Below are positions 52,643 to 62,855 of a stretch of 64,000 bases of DNA, piece after piece. The position numbers and the translations under genes were made by a program. This DNA is from an uncultured cyanobacterium (GTDB taxonomy: Bacteria > Cyanobacteriota > Cyanobacteriia > Cyanobacteriales > CAWUOF01). The DNA is taken from the NCBI GenBank assembly GCA_963744145.1, contig CAVUSO010000001.1:2848001-2912000 (forward strand), written 5' to 3'. The notes under the pieces are model-generated. The model did not search any database. It was not told the origin of the DNA and was given only the letters and a program-made list of their open reading frames with translations. The number at the start of each line of letters is the position of its first letter. Position 1 is the first letter of the stretch.

Positions 52643-53263
52643 TTAAAGTGCTACATTTTTCTCGCACTTTTGGAAAATGTAGTGCAAAGCTCCCAATGTT
52701 TGTGCGGCATCGTCTGAAATATAGCCTCTACTTTCATAGACTGTCCCCGTCATAGCCAGCTGATAAAAAATCCATTCCCTTGCATTAGTCACTACACCGA
52801 AAATATCAAGCTGTTTCCCTACTTGTTTATTCTGCCATTGGCAGGCTTGCATTTCTACCAAACATTGTGCTAATCCCTGCTCAAAATCATCGCGTTTTGC
52901 CTCCACCACACAGGCAAATGGTGCTTCTAAATAATCTTTTTTTTCGGCAATAACATAATCAGCATTACCGATTAAAACATCACTTTCAATTTTGCCACCC
53001 TTCCAGATTTTCAGATTTTCGATCCCTTCCATTGCTTCATCACAAAAAGCATCTATCAAAAGTTTCTTAGATTCTTCATAAGAATGAAGGTCAAATTTGC
53101 GCTGCAATCTTTCTAGGTGTTGAATAAAGAAATCACTGGGTGCAAGAGGTTCTCTGGGAAATGTCCAAGGTACTAGAGTTTTTATACCAACCTGTTTGTA
53201 TGCTTCAGCCATACTGAAACTAGAAAAGCTTTTTTTCTTGGACTTGGGGATTTTTGCTGCCAT
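52643..53263 (-). CDS. Hypothetical protein, PD-(D/E)xK / HsdR-N-like
   Basis: GNADY…VVEAKRDDFEQGLAQCLVEM…FGVVTNAREWIF. Confidence 0.7.
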   Translation of the reverse strand: MAAKIPKSKKKSFSSFSMAEAYKQVGIKTLVPWTFPREPLAPSDFFIQHLERLQRKFDLHSYEESKKLLIDAFCDEAMEGIENLKIWKGGKIESDVLIGNADYVIAEKKDYLEAPFACVVEAKRDDFEQGLAQCLVEMQACQWQNKQVGKQLDIFGVVTNAREWIFYQLAMTGTVYESRGYISDDAAQTLGALHYIFQKCEKNVAL

Positions 53264-53486
53264 GATTTACTTGGTAATGACTGAACTAAAATTTTAGCGC
53301 GATTTTAGTTAGCGAAGAATATATAAGATCCCCATCTGCTTTTAATGTACCGCCAAAACCCTCTAGAATTCGGACAGATGCAGTGGGGGTCAGTATCCAT
53401 AGCTTTGACCAATGGCTGATTTTCCCATTTGTTGAGAAAATCAGCCATTATAGATATTACTCCAATGTAATGGACTGGAGAGAGTC

Positions 53487-54176
53487 ATGTCATCTGCTCC
53501 GCTATTTCGGGATCGTGCTGATGCTGGTGAACAATTAGCCAAAGCAATTTTAACGGCATTGGCTGAGTTAAAGATTGGTAATCTAGAGGTTAAACCGATA
53601 GTTTACGGTTTACCTAAAGGTGGATTACCATTAGCCGCAAAAATTGCTAGTTGTTTAGACTGTCCTTTAGATTTTATTGTTGCTAAAAAAATTACTCGTC
53701 CAGAAAATCCAGAATTAGCCATTGGTGCAGTTACTGCGGATGGAGAAGTAATCTGGTCAAAACATAAACCTGTGAATTCCCGATCGTGTAAAATTGCCCT
53801 AGCTGAAGCACAAGAAAAGGCTCAACAGCAATTAGATCAACTATCTAGGGGATATCCAGATCATCAAAAACTTCCTCCTCCCATTGAGGGAGCGATCGGC
53901 ATTTTAGTGGATGATGGGATTGCTACAGGGATGACGATGATGGTAGCAGCACAAGCATTAAGTAAGCGAAAACCTGCCGAAATTTGGATCTGTACTCCAG
54001 TCGCACCACCGGAATTAATCGATTCACTCATGGATTTGAGCGATCGACTCATTATTTTAGCCACACCAGCACAATTTTTTAGTGTCAGTCGTTTTTATGA
54101 GGACTTTCCCCAAGTGGAAATAGCTGAAGCATTGTTTTACTTACAACAACATCAGCAAAATTTATCCACCAATTAA
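53487..54176 (+). CDS. Phosphoribosyltransferase family protein
   Basis: FRDRADAG, GLPKGG, ILVDDGIATGMT PRPP loop. Confidence 0.92.
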   Translation: MSSAPLFRDRADAGEQLAKAILTALAELKIGNLEVKPIVYGLPKGGLPLAAKIASCLDCPLDFIVAKKITRPENPELAIGAVTADGEVIWSKHKPVNSRSCKIALAEAQEKAQQQLDQLSRGYPDHQKLPPPIEGAIGILVDDGIATGMTMMVAAQALSKRKPAEIWICTPVAPPELIDSLMDLSDRLIILATPAQFFSVSRFYEDFPQVEIAEALFYLQQHQQNLSTN

Positions 54177-54257
54177 TCAAGATTGGCTGACACAGATTCA
54201 TGGACTGATGGTATGATCAGAAATTGGCGTTGATCAACAAAAACTGATAACGAACTC

Positions 54258-54560
54258 ATGAGATTGTGGCGGTTTTGGTGGGATACTATAATTATGTCAA
54301 GCCAGCACCATCCTCCTCGCTTTATTGAGGGGTTGATGTCCATGTTTGCGATCGCCTTATTAATAGCTTGGGTCATCAAACAGGATTGGCCCTATTTAAT
54401 TTTAGGTGGGACTTATGCGGTGGGGACAGCAGCATCAATTTTGGTTGGAGAGATTATCCTCCCTTCCACACAAGTTCGCTTAACTTTAGCGACGATGTTA
54501 CTGTTGCTAACTTTTTTATTGTTATTAATTAGTTTTTACGGTTTTACCGGGATAATTTAG
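54258..54560 (+). CDS. Hypothetical membrane protein
   Basis: Three hydrophobic segments; true start may be the ATG at 54294. Confidence 0.55.
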   Translation: MRLWRFWWDTIIMSSQHHPPRFIEGLMSMFAIALLIAWVIKQDWPYLILGGTYAVGTAASILVGEIILPSTQVRLTLATMLLLLTFLLLLISFYGFTGII

Positions 54561-54934
54561 GATGATTTCTGTAAGAGAATCAGACGATTACCCGCTGGAT
54601 CATAAGCATAGACTTCTTGACCATGCTCCCTGTCGATAATTTTCCCAGGTGGAGCATAACCTAAACCTTGGAGATGAGCGATCGCCGCTTTTAAATTATC
54701 TACTTCTAGACATAAACTGATGCTGGGATGAGCTGGAGCGGTAAATTCATCAGCATCATCTTTTTGGGGATGAAAAACTCCTAATCGTAATCCACCAGAT
54801 AAATGGAACTCGGCATATTGATTAGGGATATGAGTTTGGGGGACAAGATTTAAAAATTGGGAATAAAATTGCACCACTTTACCGAAATTGATCGCAGCGA
54901 TCGTCACTAACGCCCCTTCACATCGCCAAAGCAT
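54557..54934 (-). CDS. VOC/glyoxalase family protein
   Basis: FYSQFL, YAEF, LCLEVDNL, HGQEVYAYDPAGNRL. Confidence 0.88.
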   Translation of the reverse strand: MLWRCEGALVTIAAINFGKVVQFYSQFLNLVPQTHIPNQYAEFHLSGGLRLGVFHPQKDDADEFTAPAHPSISLCLEVDNLKAAIAHLQGLGYAPPGKIIDREHGQEVYAYDPAGNRLILLQKSS

Positions 54935-55123
54935 AATTATCTACCATAATCAATGAGCTAATCCTAGCATATTTATCAATTTCTGATCACATACTGTACT
55001 AATCTAAAAATTTAGCGGGACTGATTAATTAAGCGGGACTGACCCAATCAGAACAGACAATTTTGTGAAAACAGGGTAGTTTCGGGATACTCCCCTCGCC
55101 CATCTTATCAAGGTAAAAGTCAA

Positions 55124-57028
55124 ATGCACCTCAGTGAAATCAAACATCCAAACCAACTTCATGGTTTGTCAATCCATCAACTAGAACAAATTGCCCGTCA
55201 GCTTCGGGAAAAACATCTCCAAACGATCGCAGCTACAGGTGGTCATCTTGGACCAGGTTTGGGTGTAGTTGAATTAACTATTGCTCTTTATCAAACTTTA
55301 GACCTCGATCATGACAAAGTTATTTGGGATGTTGGTCATCAAGCCTATCCCCATAAAATGCTAACGGGTCGCTACCATAACTTTAGCACTTTGCGGCAAA
55401 AAGACGGGATTGCAGGATATTTAAAACGGTGCGAAAGTAAATTTGATCATTTTGGAGCTGGACACGCTTCCACGAGTATTTCTGCGGCTCTGGGAATGGC
55501 TTTAGCTAGGGATCTAAAAGGTGAGCATTTTAAAGTTGCTGCGATTATTGGGGATGGTGCTTTAACTGGGGGAATGGCTCTCGAAGCAATTAACCATGCA
55601 GGACATTTGCCCAAAACTAATTTAATGGTAGTGCTGAATGACAATGAGATGTCAATTTCTCCCAATGTCGGAGCAATTCCTCGTTATTTAAACAAAATGC
55701 GTCTGAGTCCACCAGTTCAGTTTATTGCGGATAATTTAGAAGAACAATTTAAGCATATTCCCTTTTTTGGGGAAACCTTTACACCGGAAATGGAACGTTT
55801 CAAAGAAGGGATGAAACGTTTAGCAGTATCAAAAGTGGGAGCAGTAATTGAGGAATTAGGATTTACTTATATTGGTCCGGTGGATGGGCATAATTTAGAA
55901 GAACTAATTACTACTTTCCAACAAGCGCATCAAATGACTGGACCGGTGTTAGTTCATGTGGCAACAGTTAAGGGTAAAGGATACGCGATCGCTGAAAAAG
56001 ATCAAGTTGGATATCATGCTCAAAGTCCCTTTAATTTAGCTACTGGAAAAGCTATTCCTTCGAGTAAACCCAAACCTCCAGCTTACTCAAAAGTATTTGC
56101 TCATGCTTTAGTGAAACTAGCAGAAAATAATCCGAAAATCATTGGGATTACTGCGGCAATGGCAACGGGAACTGGACTAGATAAACTGCATGAAAAACTG
56201 CCCTCACAATATATTGATGTCGGGATTGCCGAACAACACGCGGTCACCTTATCAGCAGGATTAGCTTGTGAAGGAATGCGTCCTGTAGTGGCAATTTATT
56301 CGACCTTTTTACAACGGGGTTACGATCAAATTATTCATGATGTTTGCATCCAAAATCTACCAGTTTTCTTCTGTTTAGATCGGGCTGGAATAGTTGGTGC
56401 TGATGGTCCAACTCACCAAGGAATGTATGACATTGCTTATTTGCGCTGTTTACCAAATATGGTGTTAATGGCACCTAAAGATGAAGCAGAATTACAACGG
56501 ATGGTTGTCACTGGAATTAATTATACCAGTGGACCGATCGCCATGCGCTATCCTCGCGGTAATGGTTATGGTGTACCGTTGATGGAGGAAGGATGGGAAC
56601 CTGTAGAAATTGGTAAAGCGGAAATTCTGCGTCAGGGAGATCATGTATTAATAATTGGCTATGGTGCAATGGTTTATCCAGCCATGCAAACAGCAGAAAT
56701 TCTCAGTGAACATGGGATTGAATGTACTGTAGTTAATGCACGTTTTGTGAAACCTTTGGATGCAGAATTAATTTTGCCTTTGGCGAAAAAAATTGGTCGA
56801 GTTGTGACCATAGAAGAAGGTTGTTTAATGGGTGGTTTTGGTAGTGCTGTAGTGGAAATGTTGATGGATAATAATATTCTGGTTCCCGTAGTGCGAATTG
56901 GTGTACCAGATCAGTTAGTTGAACACGCAGAACCAAAAGAATCGATGTCTGATTTAGGTTTAACACCTGCTCAAATTGCCGATCGGGTGCGATTAACTTT
57001 TAATCCTCAACTTTCACCAGTTAGTTAA
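55124..57028 (+). CDS. dxs: 1-deoxy-D-xylulose-5-phosphate synthase
   Basis: [43 protein letters not shown]. Confidence 0.98.
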   Translation: MHLSEIKHPNQLHGLSIHQLEQIARQLREKHLQTIAATGGHLGPGLGVVELTIALYQTLDLDHDKVIWDVGHQAYPHKMLTGRYHNFSTLRQKDGIAGYLKRCESKFDHFGAGHASTSISAALGMALARDLKGEHFKVAAIIGDGALTGGMALEAINHAGHLPKTNLMVVLNDNEMSISPNVGAIPRYLNKMRLSPPVQFIADNLEEQFKHIPFFGETFTPEMERFKEGMKRLAVSKVGAVIEELGFTYIGPVDGHNLEELITTFQQAHQMTGPVLVHVATVKGKGYAIAEKDQVGYHAQSPFNLATGKAIPSSKPKPPAYSKVFAHALVKLAENNPKIIGITAAMATGTGLDKLHEKLPSQYIDVGIAEQHAVTLSAGLACEGMRPVVAIYSTFLQRGYDQIIHDVCIQNLPVFFCLDRAGIVGADGPTHQGMYDIAYLRCLPNMVLMAPKDEAELQRMVVTGINYTSGPIAMRYPRGNGYGVPLMEEGWEPVEIGKAEILRQGDHVLIIGYGAMVYPAMQTAEILSEHGIECTVVNARFVKPLDAELILPLAKKIGRVVTIEEGCLMGGFGSAVVEMLMDNNILVPVVRIGVPDQLVEHAEPKESMSDLGLTPAQIADRVRLTFNPQLSPVS

Positions 57029-57036
57029 GAGTTTAA

Positions 57037-57062
57037 TTAGGGTGGGCAAATCCCCACCCTAA
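57037..57062 (+). terminator. Hairpin after dxs
   Basis: ttagggtggg-caaatc-cccaccctaa. Confidence 0.55.
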
Positions 57063-57095
57063 AAGTTTAAATCAGATTAGATTAGATAAAAATAG

Positions 57096-57365
57096 ATGCT
57101 GAAAATCGATACCACGTTACCCCTAGAAGCCGATCTAGTAAAGAATAATTGGGAATTTACAGAGGTCTGGATCGATCCAAATCTTTCACCACCTTATCTG
57201 CTTTTGTTGCTGAGTGATGCTGAAGGAAATTGTCACATCTATGATCCGGCTGAGAGTTATAAAGTTGTGTTTTCCAGTCAGAGTTATGATGAGGCACAGA
57301 ATTGGCTTTTAGAGGATGAGTATGAACCTATAGAAGGACGGCTAAGGGCATCGGAGTTATTTTAA
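57096..57365 (+). CDS. Conserved small acidic hypothetical protein
   Basis: WEFTEVWIDP..SPPYLLLL…WLLEDEYE. Confidence 0.7.
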   Translation: MLKIDTTLPLEADLVKNNWEFTEVWIDPNLSPPYLLLLLSDAEGNCHIYDPAESYKVVFSSQSYDEAQNWLLEDEYEPIEGRLRASELF

Positions 57366-57379
57366 ATCCCTAATGATCC

Positions 57380-57445
57380 TTGTTTTAATAGTAAAATATA
57401 CTGGAGTAAGTTTCATCACCAATAACCACTAAATTACTTATGACC
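57380..57445 (+). repeat. 66-bp copy of the mtnA leader and start
   Basis: Matches 62796-62861 with 1 mismatch; both copies preceded by ctaatgatc. Confidence 0.9.
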
Positions 57446-57452
57446 ACATATA

Positions 57453-57992
57453 ATGCTCGTAATGCTCGAAGTTGGAATGACTAATTTTCCCACGAATAAT
57501 GAATTATCTCCGCTCAATATTCAACTTAACCATTGGTCAGTAGGAGAAGATCCTCAACTGCATCGTTTACTGATACAAGAAAGTTTAAACGATGATGAAA
57601 AAAATCTGGTTCTGACAGCGTTGGATGGTTATTTTGAGCAACTACAACAGACCGCAGATTATCAATCCCGTGACTTAATGGTGTTACATCCAGGAGTCCC
57701 CAACTTAGATGCACTGTTGACAAAATTCGATCGCATTCATACCCATGCTGATGATGAAGTGCGTTACATCCTTGATGGAGAAGGGATTTTTGGTTTTGTC
57801 CGTCCTGATGGTAGTCAAGTTGAACTAACTGTAGAAGCTGAAGAATACATTAATGTACCTGCGGGAACTGAACACTGGTTTTATCTAACTCCGAAACGCC
57901 AAATCAAAGCAATTCGTTATTTCACTGGTACAGCAGGCTGGGTTCCCCAGTATACTGGAACAGAAATCCATTTTCGTCGGGTACTTGTCTGA
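57453..57992 (+). CDS. mtnD: Acireductone dioxygenase duplicate with replaced N-terminus (possibly non-functional)
   Basis: 57498-58057 is nearly identical (about 7 mismatches) to 60651-61210; HTHADDEVR intact but MAKLRLADG missing. Confidence 0.7.
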   Translation: MLVMLEVGMTNFPTNNELSPLNIQLNHWSVGEDPQLHRLLIQESLNDDEKNLVLTALDGYFEQLQQTADYQSRDLMVLHPGVPNLDALLTKFDRIHTHADDEVRYILDGEGIFGFVRPDGSQVELTVEAEEYINVPAGTEHWFYLTPKRQIKAIRYFTGTAGWVPQYTGTEIHFRRVLV

Positions 57993-58057
57993 TGGGTCGA
58001 ATGGTTTTTTGTGATTTTGATGGCACAATTACTGCTGTTGAAACCTTTGTGGCGATC
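57992..58057 (+). pseudogene. 5' fragment of mtnX (22 codons)
   Basis: MGRMVFCDFDGTITAVETFVAI, then diverges at GGCGATC. Confidence 0.85.
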
Positions 58058-58058
58058 G

Positions 58059-58161
58059 GATCTCGGCGAAAAACTGGGCTGATCTTTCGGTTATAATATT
58101 AATCGGTTTAAGCTAGTAATCATCGCCCTTATGCTGATCCGCCCCTACGCTTAACTGAACC
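58059..58161. repeat. Degenerate REP/MITE copy
   Basis: gatctcggcgaa…tataatattaatcg…cgcccctacgcttaactgaacc, similar to 32440-32558. Confidence 0.65.
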
Positions 58162-58209
58162 AGATTGAACTCTAATGAGAATTTATCGCTCTATTTTGTT
58201 GAAACCTAT

Positions 58210-60090
58210 ATGAATAAAACACCTCTTCGCTTTCTGGCCATAAATAATTATAAAAATCTCTATTTACCTGAACCTATTTATTTAAGCAATCTGAATATTT
58301 TCATCGGCTCAAATGCTTCAGGAAAAAGCAATTTTATCAATTGTTTGAAATTTTTAAAAGATTGTTTGAATAATATTACTGATGAACATGGTGGCGTTAG
58401 TAGCTTTGAGGATGCAATTGCCAAACTTGGCGGTAATAGAATCTTAGATAGCCATGTTGAAAGTGCAGCAAAAATCAGGTTTTCTTATTGTTTTTTGAAT
58501 ATTGTTCCTACTGAGACTAATAGTTCTAATCAAATCAAAGATAATTGTGTAATTCTTGACTTAAAACTTTATGTTGAGAAACAAAACTTGAGAGCAAGTA
58601 TTATTGAGGAAAATTTATATAGTGGAGAAGAATTGTATGATATTGATCATGAAGTTGATTTCAATATGAGACAGCCCCCTTTTTATTACTATCAATTACA
58701 TGGAAAAAAGTTAGGTGAAGGAATAGTAGCTGTTTACGATAATAATTTATCTACCACTTATCCTGATTTTGAAAATATATCCAATATTCCGACAAATTCA
58801 TTAGGTTTATTTATCATCCCAATATTCCTTTACAAAACTCAATATATTCCTGAAGAAATACCTGTCCATGAAATTAGAAAATATTTGATTAATTCGATTT
58901 ATAAATGGCAATTTTATAATGCGAATAATATGGATTTAAACATCATTAGAATCAAAGAACCAAGAATAGGCTTAAATGATATTTATTTATCACCATCGGG
59001 AGATAACTTAGCGTTAGTTTTAGATAACTTAATTAATCAAGATATTAATTTTGAAGAAAGCATTAATTTAGCCATGAAGTCTATTTTACCAAAGACTCGT
59101 CGGGTTAGACCTGGACGTGCTGGTCGTTTATCTCTTACCGTAGAATGGTATATGGATGGGATTAAAGAACCATTTTATCTTAACGAAATGTCAGATGGAA
59201 CTGTCAGGATGTTATGTTGGGCAATTATATTACATTCTCCACTTATTCCAGCTTTACTAGTAATTGATGAACCAGAATTAGGATTGCATATATCATGGAT
59301 GCCAATTTTAGCAGAGTGGATTAAAAGAGCTGCAACAAGAACACAAGTAATTATTACTACTCATAGTCCTGATTTACTAGATCACTTTACAGATTGTTTA
59401 GAAAATGTTCTGTGTTTTTATTCAGAAAATAGAACTCATTTTTCTATCAAACATCTTTCTCAAGAAATGCTAGATTCCAAACTTGAACAAGGATGGCAAT
59501 TAGGCGATCTATATCGTGTTGGCGACCCAAGCATTGGAGGATCGGCCGTGGTAGTATGGGTGTTTGCTGGTGGTGGTGAATCTGAAGTTAGAGGGTTAAT
59601 TCCTTTTTTAGAGAAAACTTTTTCTGGATGTAGATTTGAACGAAAAACACCAATCCGTCAGAAACCGGGTCCTAAGCCAAATTGTTTAAACAGTTATGGC
59701 AAAACAGGTCAAAGCTTAATTGAGCAAATAAAAGAACAGCTACCTATTGCCTTAAAATGGGAGCCAAAACAATGTGACCTTCTATTAGTTTTTGATGATT
59801 TAGATTGTCGCGATCATTTACGGCAAAAAGAAAGAATCTTGAATGAGATATCAACATTACCAGAATCTGCTAATATTGAGAAATTTGTTGGGTTCGCTGC
59901 TCCTGAACTCGAAGCTTGGATTATTGCGGATTGGGATAATTCAATAGCTAGACATCCGGATTTTCGAGGTAGACATGAGCGGATGCGTTGGTGGCTGACG
60001 CAAAAAAAAATATTTCTTTTGATCAACCAGAATCATTTAGTGCGTATGACAAACAGAGAGATTGTTGTCGAGAAAAATTATCAGAGTTAA
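58210..60090 (+). CDS. AAA_21/ABC-type ATPase fused in frame to a frameshifted DUF4276-like domain
   Basis: GSNASGKSN, MSDGT, IDEPELGLH, TTHSP; second part VWVFAGGGESE…DDLD…PELEAWIIAD; ATG at 58210. Confidence 0.82.
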   Translation: MNKTPLRFLAINNYKNLYLPEPIYLSNLNIFIGSNASGKSNFINCLKFLKDCLNNITDEHGGVSSFEDAIAKLGGNRILDSHVESAAKIRFSYCFLNIVPTETNSSNQIKDNCVILDLKLYVEKQNLRASIIEENLYSGEELYDIDHEVDFNMRQPPFYYYQLHGKKLGEGIVAVYDNNLSTTYPDFENISNIPTNSLGLFIIPIFLYKTQYIPEEIPVHEIRKYLINSIYKWQFYNANNMDLNIIRIKEPRIGLNDIYLSPSGDNLALVLDNLINQDINFEESINLAMKSILPKTRRVRPGRAGRLSLTVEWYMDGIKEPFYLNEMSDGTVRMLCWAIILHSPLIPALLVIDEPELGLHISWMPILAEWIKRAATRTQVIITTHSPDLLDHFTDCLENVLCFYSENRTHFSIKHLSQEMLDSKLEQGWQLGDLYRVGDPSIGGSAVVVWVFAGGGESEVRGLIPFLEKTFSGCRFERKTPIRQKPGPKPNCLNSYGKTGQSLIEQIKEQLPIALKWEPKQCDLLLVFDDLDCRDHLRQKERILNEISTLPESANIEKFVGFAAPELEAWIIADWDNSIARHPDFRGRHERMRWWLTQKKIFLLINQNHLVRMTNREIVVEKNYQS

Positions 60091-60141
60091 TCATTCAGTC
60101 AAGTATGCAAAATGAGGAGGAGTTTCATTACCTAATTACTT

Positions 60142-60207
60142 ATGGTCTATACATCTGTCCAAGTTGATCCAGTGATTTGGCACAAAGATCGGGTTTTATT
60201 GATCTAG
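60142..60207 (+). pseudogene. Diverged 5' fragment of mtnA
   Basis: [21 protein letters not shown] versus [22 protein letters not shown] at 62856. Confidence 0.85.
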
Positions 60208-60593
60208 AGAAATTGAAAGATGCTTCTCTTAACTCAAGAAAGATATCGCTTCTGCTCTAATAATAGCTATAATAAAATCCAACTAAATCAACTAATCACT
60301 AGGTCAACTAATTCAGTACAAGAACAAGTATCGGCGTTGAGAAAACGAGTTAGCTTAATGGCCAATTTGGATAAAAGTCTTTAAGGATGTTCAAGGTATA
60401 ATTAATTGTTAGGTAGAACCCATTCAAGCAATAGGATGGTAAGGATTATGTCTGTACTAGCAACCGAGCGAAAGAAATTTACCGTAGAGGAAAAAGTGCG
60501 GACTTGCGGTGGTGGAGTTGTCAGAATTTATGGTTTGTTGACAGAAATTGAAATCGATGTTAAAGAATTTGAAACTTACACAGGAGTTAGATC

Positions 60594-61145
60594 ATGGCAA
60601 AACTAAGACTAGCAGACGGAACAATTCAGACTGATTTGCCAACCATTAGCAATGAATTATCTCCGCTCAATATTCAACTTAACCATTGGTCAGCAGGAGA
60701 AGATCCTCAACTGCATCGTTTACTGATACAAGAAAGTTTAAACGATGATGAAAAAAATCTGGTTCTGACAGCGTTGGATGGTTATTTTGAGCAACTACAA
60801 CAAACCGCAGATTATCAATCCCGTGACTTAATGGTGTTACATCCAGGAGTCCCCAACTTAGATGCACTGTTGACAAAATTCGATCGCATTCATACCCATG
60901 CTGATGATGAAGTGCGTTACATCCTTGATGGAGAAGGGATTTTTGGTTTTGTCCGTCCTGATGGTAGTCAAGTTGAACTAACCGTAGAAGCTGAAGAATA
61001 CATTAATGTACCTGCGGGAACTGAACACTGGTTTTATCTAACTCCGAAACGCCGCATCAAAGCAATTCGTTATTTCATTGGTACAGCAGGCTGGGTTCCC
61101 CAGTATACTGGAACAGAAATCCATTTTCGTCGGGTACTTGTCTGA
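60594..61145 (+). CDS. mtnD: Acireductone dioxygenase
   Basis: HTHADDEVRYILDGEG…VPAGTEHWF cupin; AGGAG RBS; in the mtn cluster. Confidence 0.93.
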   Translation: MAKLRLADGTIQTDLPTISNELSPLNIQLNHWSAGEDPQLHRLLIQESLNDDEKNLVLTALDGYFEQLQQTADYQSRDLMVLHPGVPNLDALLTKFDRIHTHADDEVRYILDGEGIFGFVRPDGSQVELTVEAEEYINVPAGTEHWFYLTPKRRIKAIRYFIGTAGWVPQYTGTEIHFRRVLV

Positions 61146-61780
61146 TGGGTCGAATGGTTTTTTGTGATTTTGATGGCACAATTACTGCTATTGAAACCTT
61201 TGTGGCGATCTTCAAGGAATTTGCCCCAAACATTTCTGCCGAGTTGCTACCTCAAATGTACGATCGCCAGATCACATTGAGGCAAGGTGTTCGGCAAATT
61301 CTTGCATCAATTCCTAGTCGCTGCTATCCAGATATTCTGGAGTTTACCCGATCGCAACCTGTCCGTCCTGGTTTTGTCGAACTGCTGGATTTTCTAGATG
61401 ACCATCAAGTTCCTTTGGTGGTTGTTTCTGGGGGATTGCGAGGTATGGTAGAAGTGGTTTTGAATCAACTGGTGCAACGAGTCCATGCTATTCACGCGAT
61501 CGATGTCGATCCCAGCGGTGAGTATTTGCAAATTCATTCACCTGATGAACATGGGACAGAAATGGTTGCCAAAGTAAAGGTGATTGAACATTATGGCGCG
61601 ACGGAGGCGATCGCGATTGGTGATTCTCTCACCGATTTAAACATGGCACTTTATGCGCCGATTGTTTTTGCTCGCGATCGTCTCGCCGCCTATTTAGATC
61701 AACATCAAACCTCTTATATTCACTGGCATGATTTCTTTGAGGTGCGCGATCGTTTAGCCTTATTGTGGAATAATAATTAG
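61145..61780 (+). CDS. mtnX: HAD-IB phosphatase, MtnX-like
   Basis: CDFDGTIT, VVSGG, K, IGDSLTD, FAR; translationally coupled to mtnD. Confidence 0.82.
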   Translation: MGRMVFCDFDGTITAIETFVAIFKEFAPNISAELLPQMYDRQITLRQGVRQILASIPSRCYPDILEFTRSQPVRPGFVELLDFLDDHQVPLVVVSGGLRGMVEVVLNQLVQRVHAIHAIDVDPSGEYLQIHSPDEHGTEMVAKVKVIEHYGATEAIAIGDSLTDLNMALYAPIVFARDRLAAYLDQHQTSYIHWHDFFEVRDRLALLWNNN

Positions 61781-61790
61781 ATTATACCTC

Positions 61791-62432
61791 TTGATCATGT
61801 TTTCTGCTGATTTACGTCTAGAATTAATTGGTGCTGCTGAGTATTTCTATCAACAAGGTTGGATGGTTGGAACTGCTGGAAATCTCTCAGGACGTTTACC
61901 AGATGGCAGCTTTTGGATTACAGCCAGTGGCAAATCAAAAGGCAATTTAAGTTTGGTAGATTTTGTCAAAATTGCCCCTGATGGTACGGTAGAGCCCCTA
62001 TCAAACTATCTAAAACCTTCAGCCGAAACAGTAGTCCACCAGACTATTTATCAGCTATTTCCAGCAGCACAAGCTTGTTACCATGTCCACTCAATTGAGG
62101 GGAATTTGGTATCTCGATTTGTTGAGGGAGATACTTTACTGTTACCTCCCTTAGAAATGCTCAAAGGATTCAGGATTTCGCCCAAAAATCTGAATTGGAC
62201 GTTAGCCATTTTTCCCAACCATTTTGATGTTAGTAAAATTGCCCTAGAAATCGAGGAACGTTTTCAAATTGCACCTCCACAAATTCCAGCTTTACTAATT
62301 CGAGATCATGGAGTGACAGTTTGGGCAGATTCAACAGAAAAAGCTCGCAATTTTATTGAATTAATTGAATATATCTTTCGTTATCTAGTAGCCGCTAGTC
62401 AAACAGGAGTGAAAGTTAATCCCCATGTCTAA
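61791..62432 (+). CDS. mtnB: Methylthioribulose-1-phosphate dehydratase
   Basis: GWMVGTAGNLS, ITASG, PSAET..H, HVHS, EMLKG, HGVTVW. Confidence 0.93.
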   Translation: MIMFSADLRLELIGAAEYFYQQGWMVGTAGNLSGRLPDGSFWITASGKSKGNLSLVDFVKIAPDGTVEPLSNYLKPSAETVVHQTIYQLFPAAQACYHVHSIEGNLVSRFVEGDTLLLPPLEMLKGFRISPKNLNWTLAIFPNHFDVSKIALEIEERFQIAPPQIPALLIRDHGVTVWADSTEKARNFIELIEYIFRYLVAASQTGVKVNPHV

Positions 62433-62721
62433 AAAAATCCGTGTTGTTGCCCGTTTAATAGCCTTTCCTGATAAAGTAAAAGAAGCAAAAGCTTTGTTAT
62501 TAGGATTAGTTGAACCGACTCGAAAAGAAGCCGGATGTCTGCAATATGACTTGCTACAGAACCAGGCAGATCCAACAGATTTCACTTTTGTAGAAGAGTG
62601 GGAATCTGATGAAATTCTCGATGCACATCTGGCTTCTGAACACATTCAAAATGCGATCGCGCAAATTCCCGAATTGATGGCTACAGAGCCAGATATTCGC
62701 CGTTACACTTTATTAGATTAG
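62425..62721 (+). CDS. Putative quinol/antibiotic-biosynthesis monooxygenase (ABM) protein
   Basis: TRKEAGCLQYDL, FVEEWES, AHLASEH. Confidence 0.88.
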   Translation: MSKKIRVVARLIAFPDKVKEAKALLLGLVEPTRKEAGCLQYDLLQNQADPTDFTFVEEWESDEILDAHLASEHIQNAIAQIPELMATEPDIRRYTLLD

Positions 62722-62855
62722 ATGTAAACCAGGGGCAACATGAAAGGAAAATAGAGTGCGTTTACCCTGCACAGAATTGGCTCACTAATGATCAATTGTT
62801 TTAATAGTAAAATATACTGGAGTAAGTTTCATCACCAATAACCACTAAATTATTT

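Noticed and set aside
60406..60606. 66-aa ORF upstream of mtnD
   Set aside because: Looks like a chimera of a short gene stub and the mtnD leader rather than a real gene
57498..61210. Diversity-generating retroelement TR/VR pair
   Set aside because: The few mismatches are not adenine-specific and there is no reverse transcriptase; a plain duplication explains it
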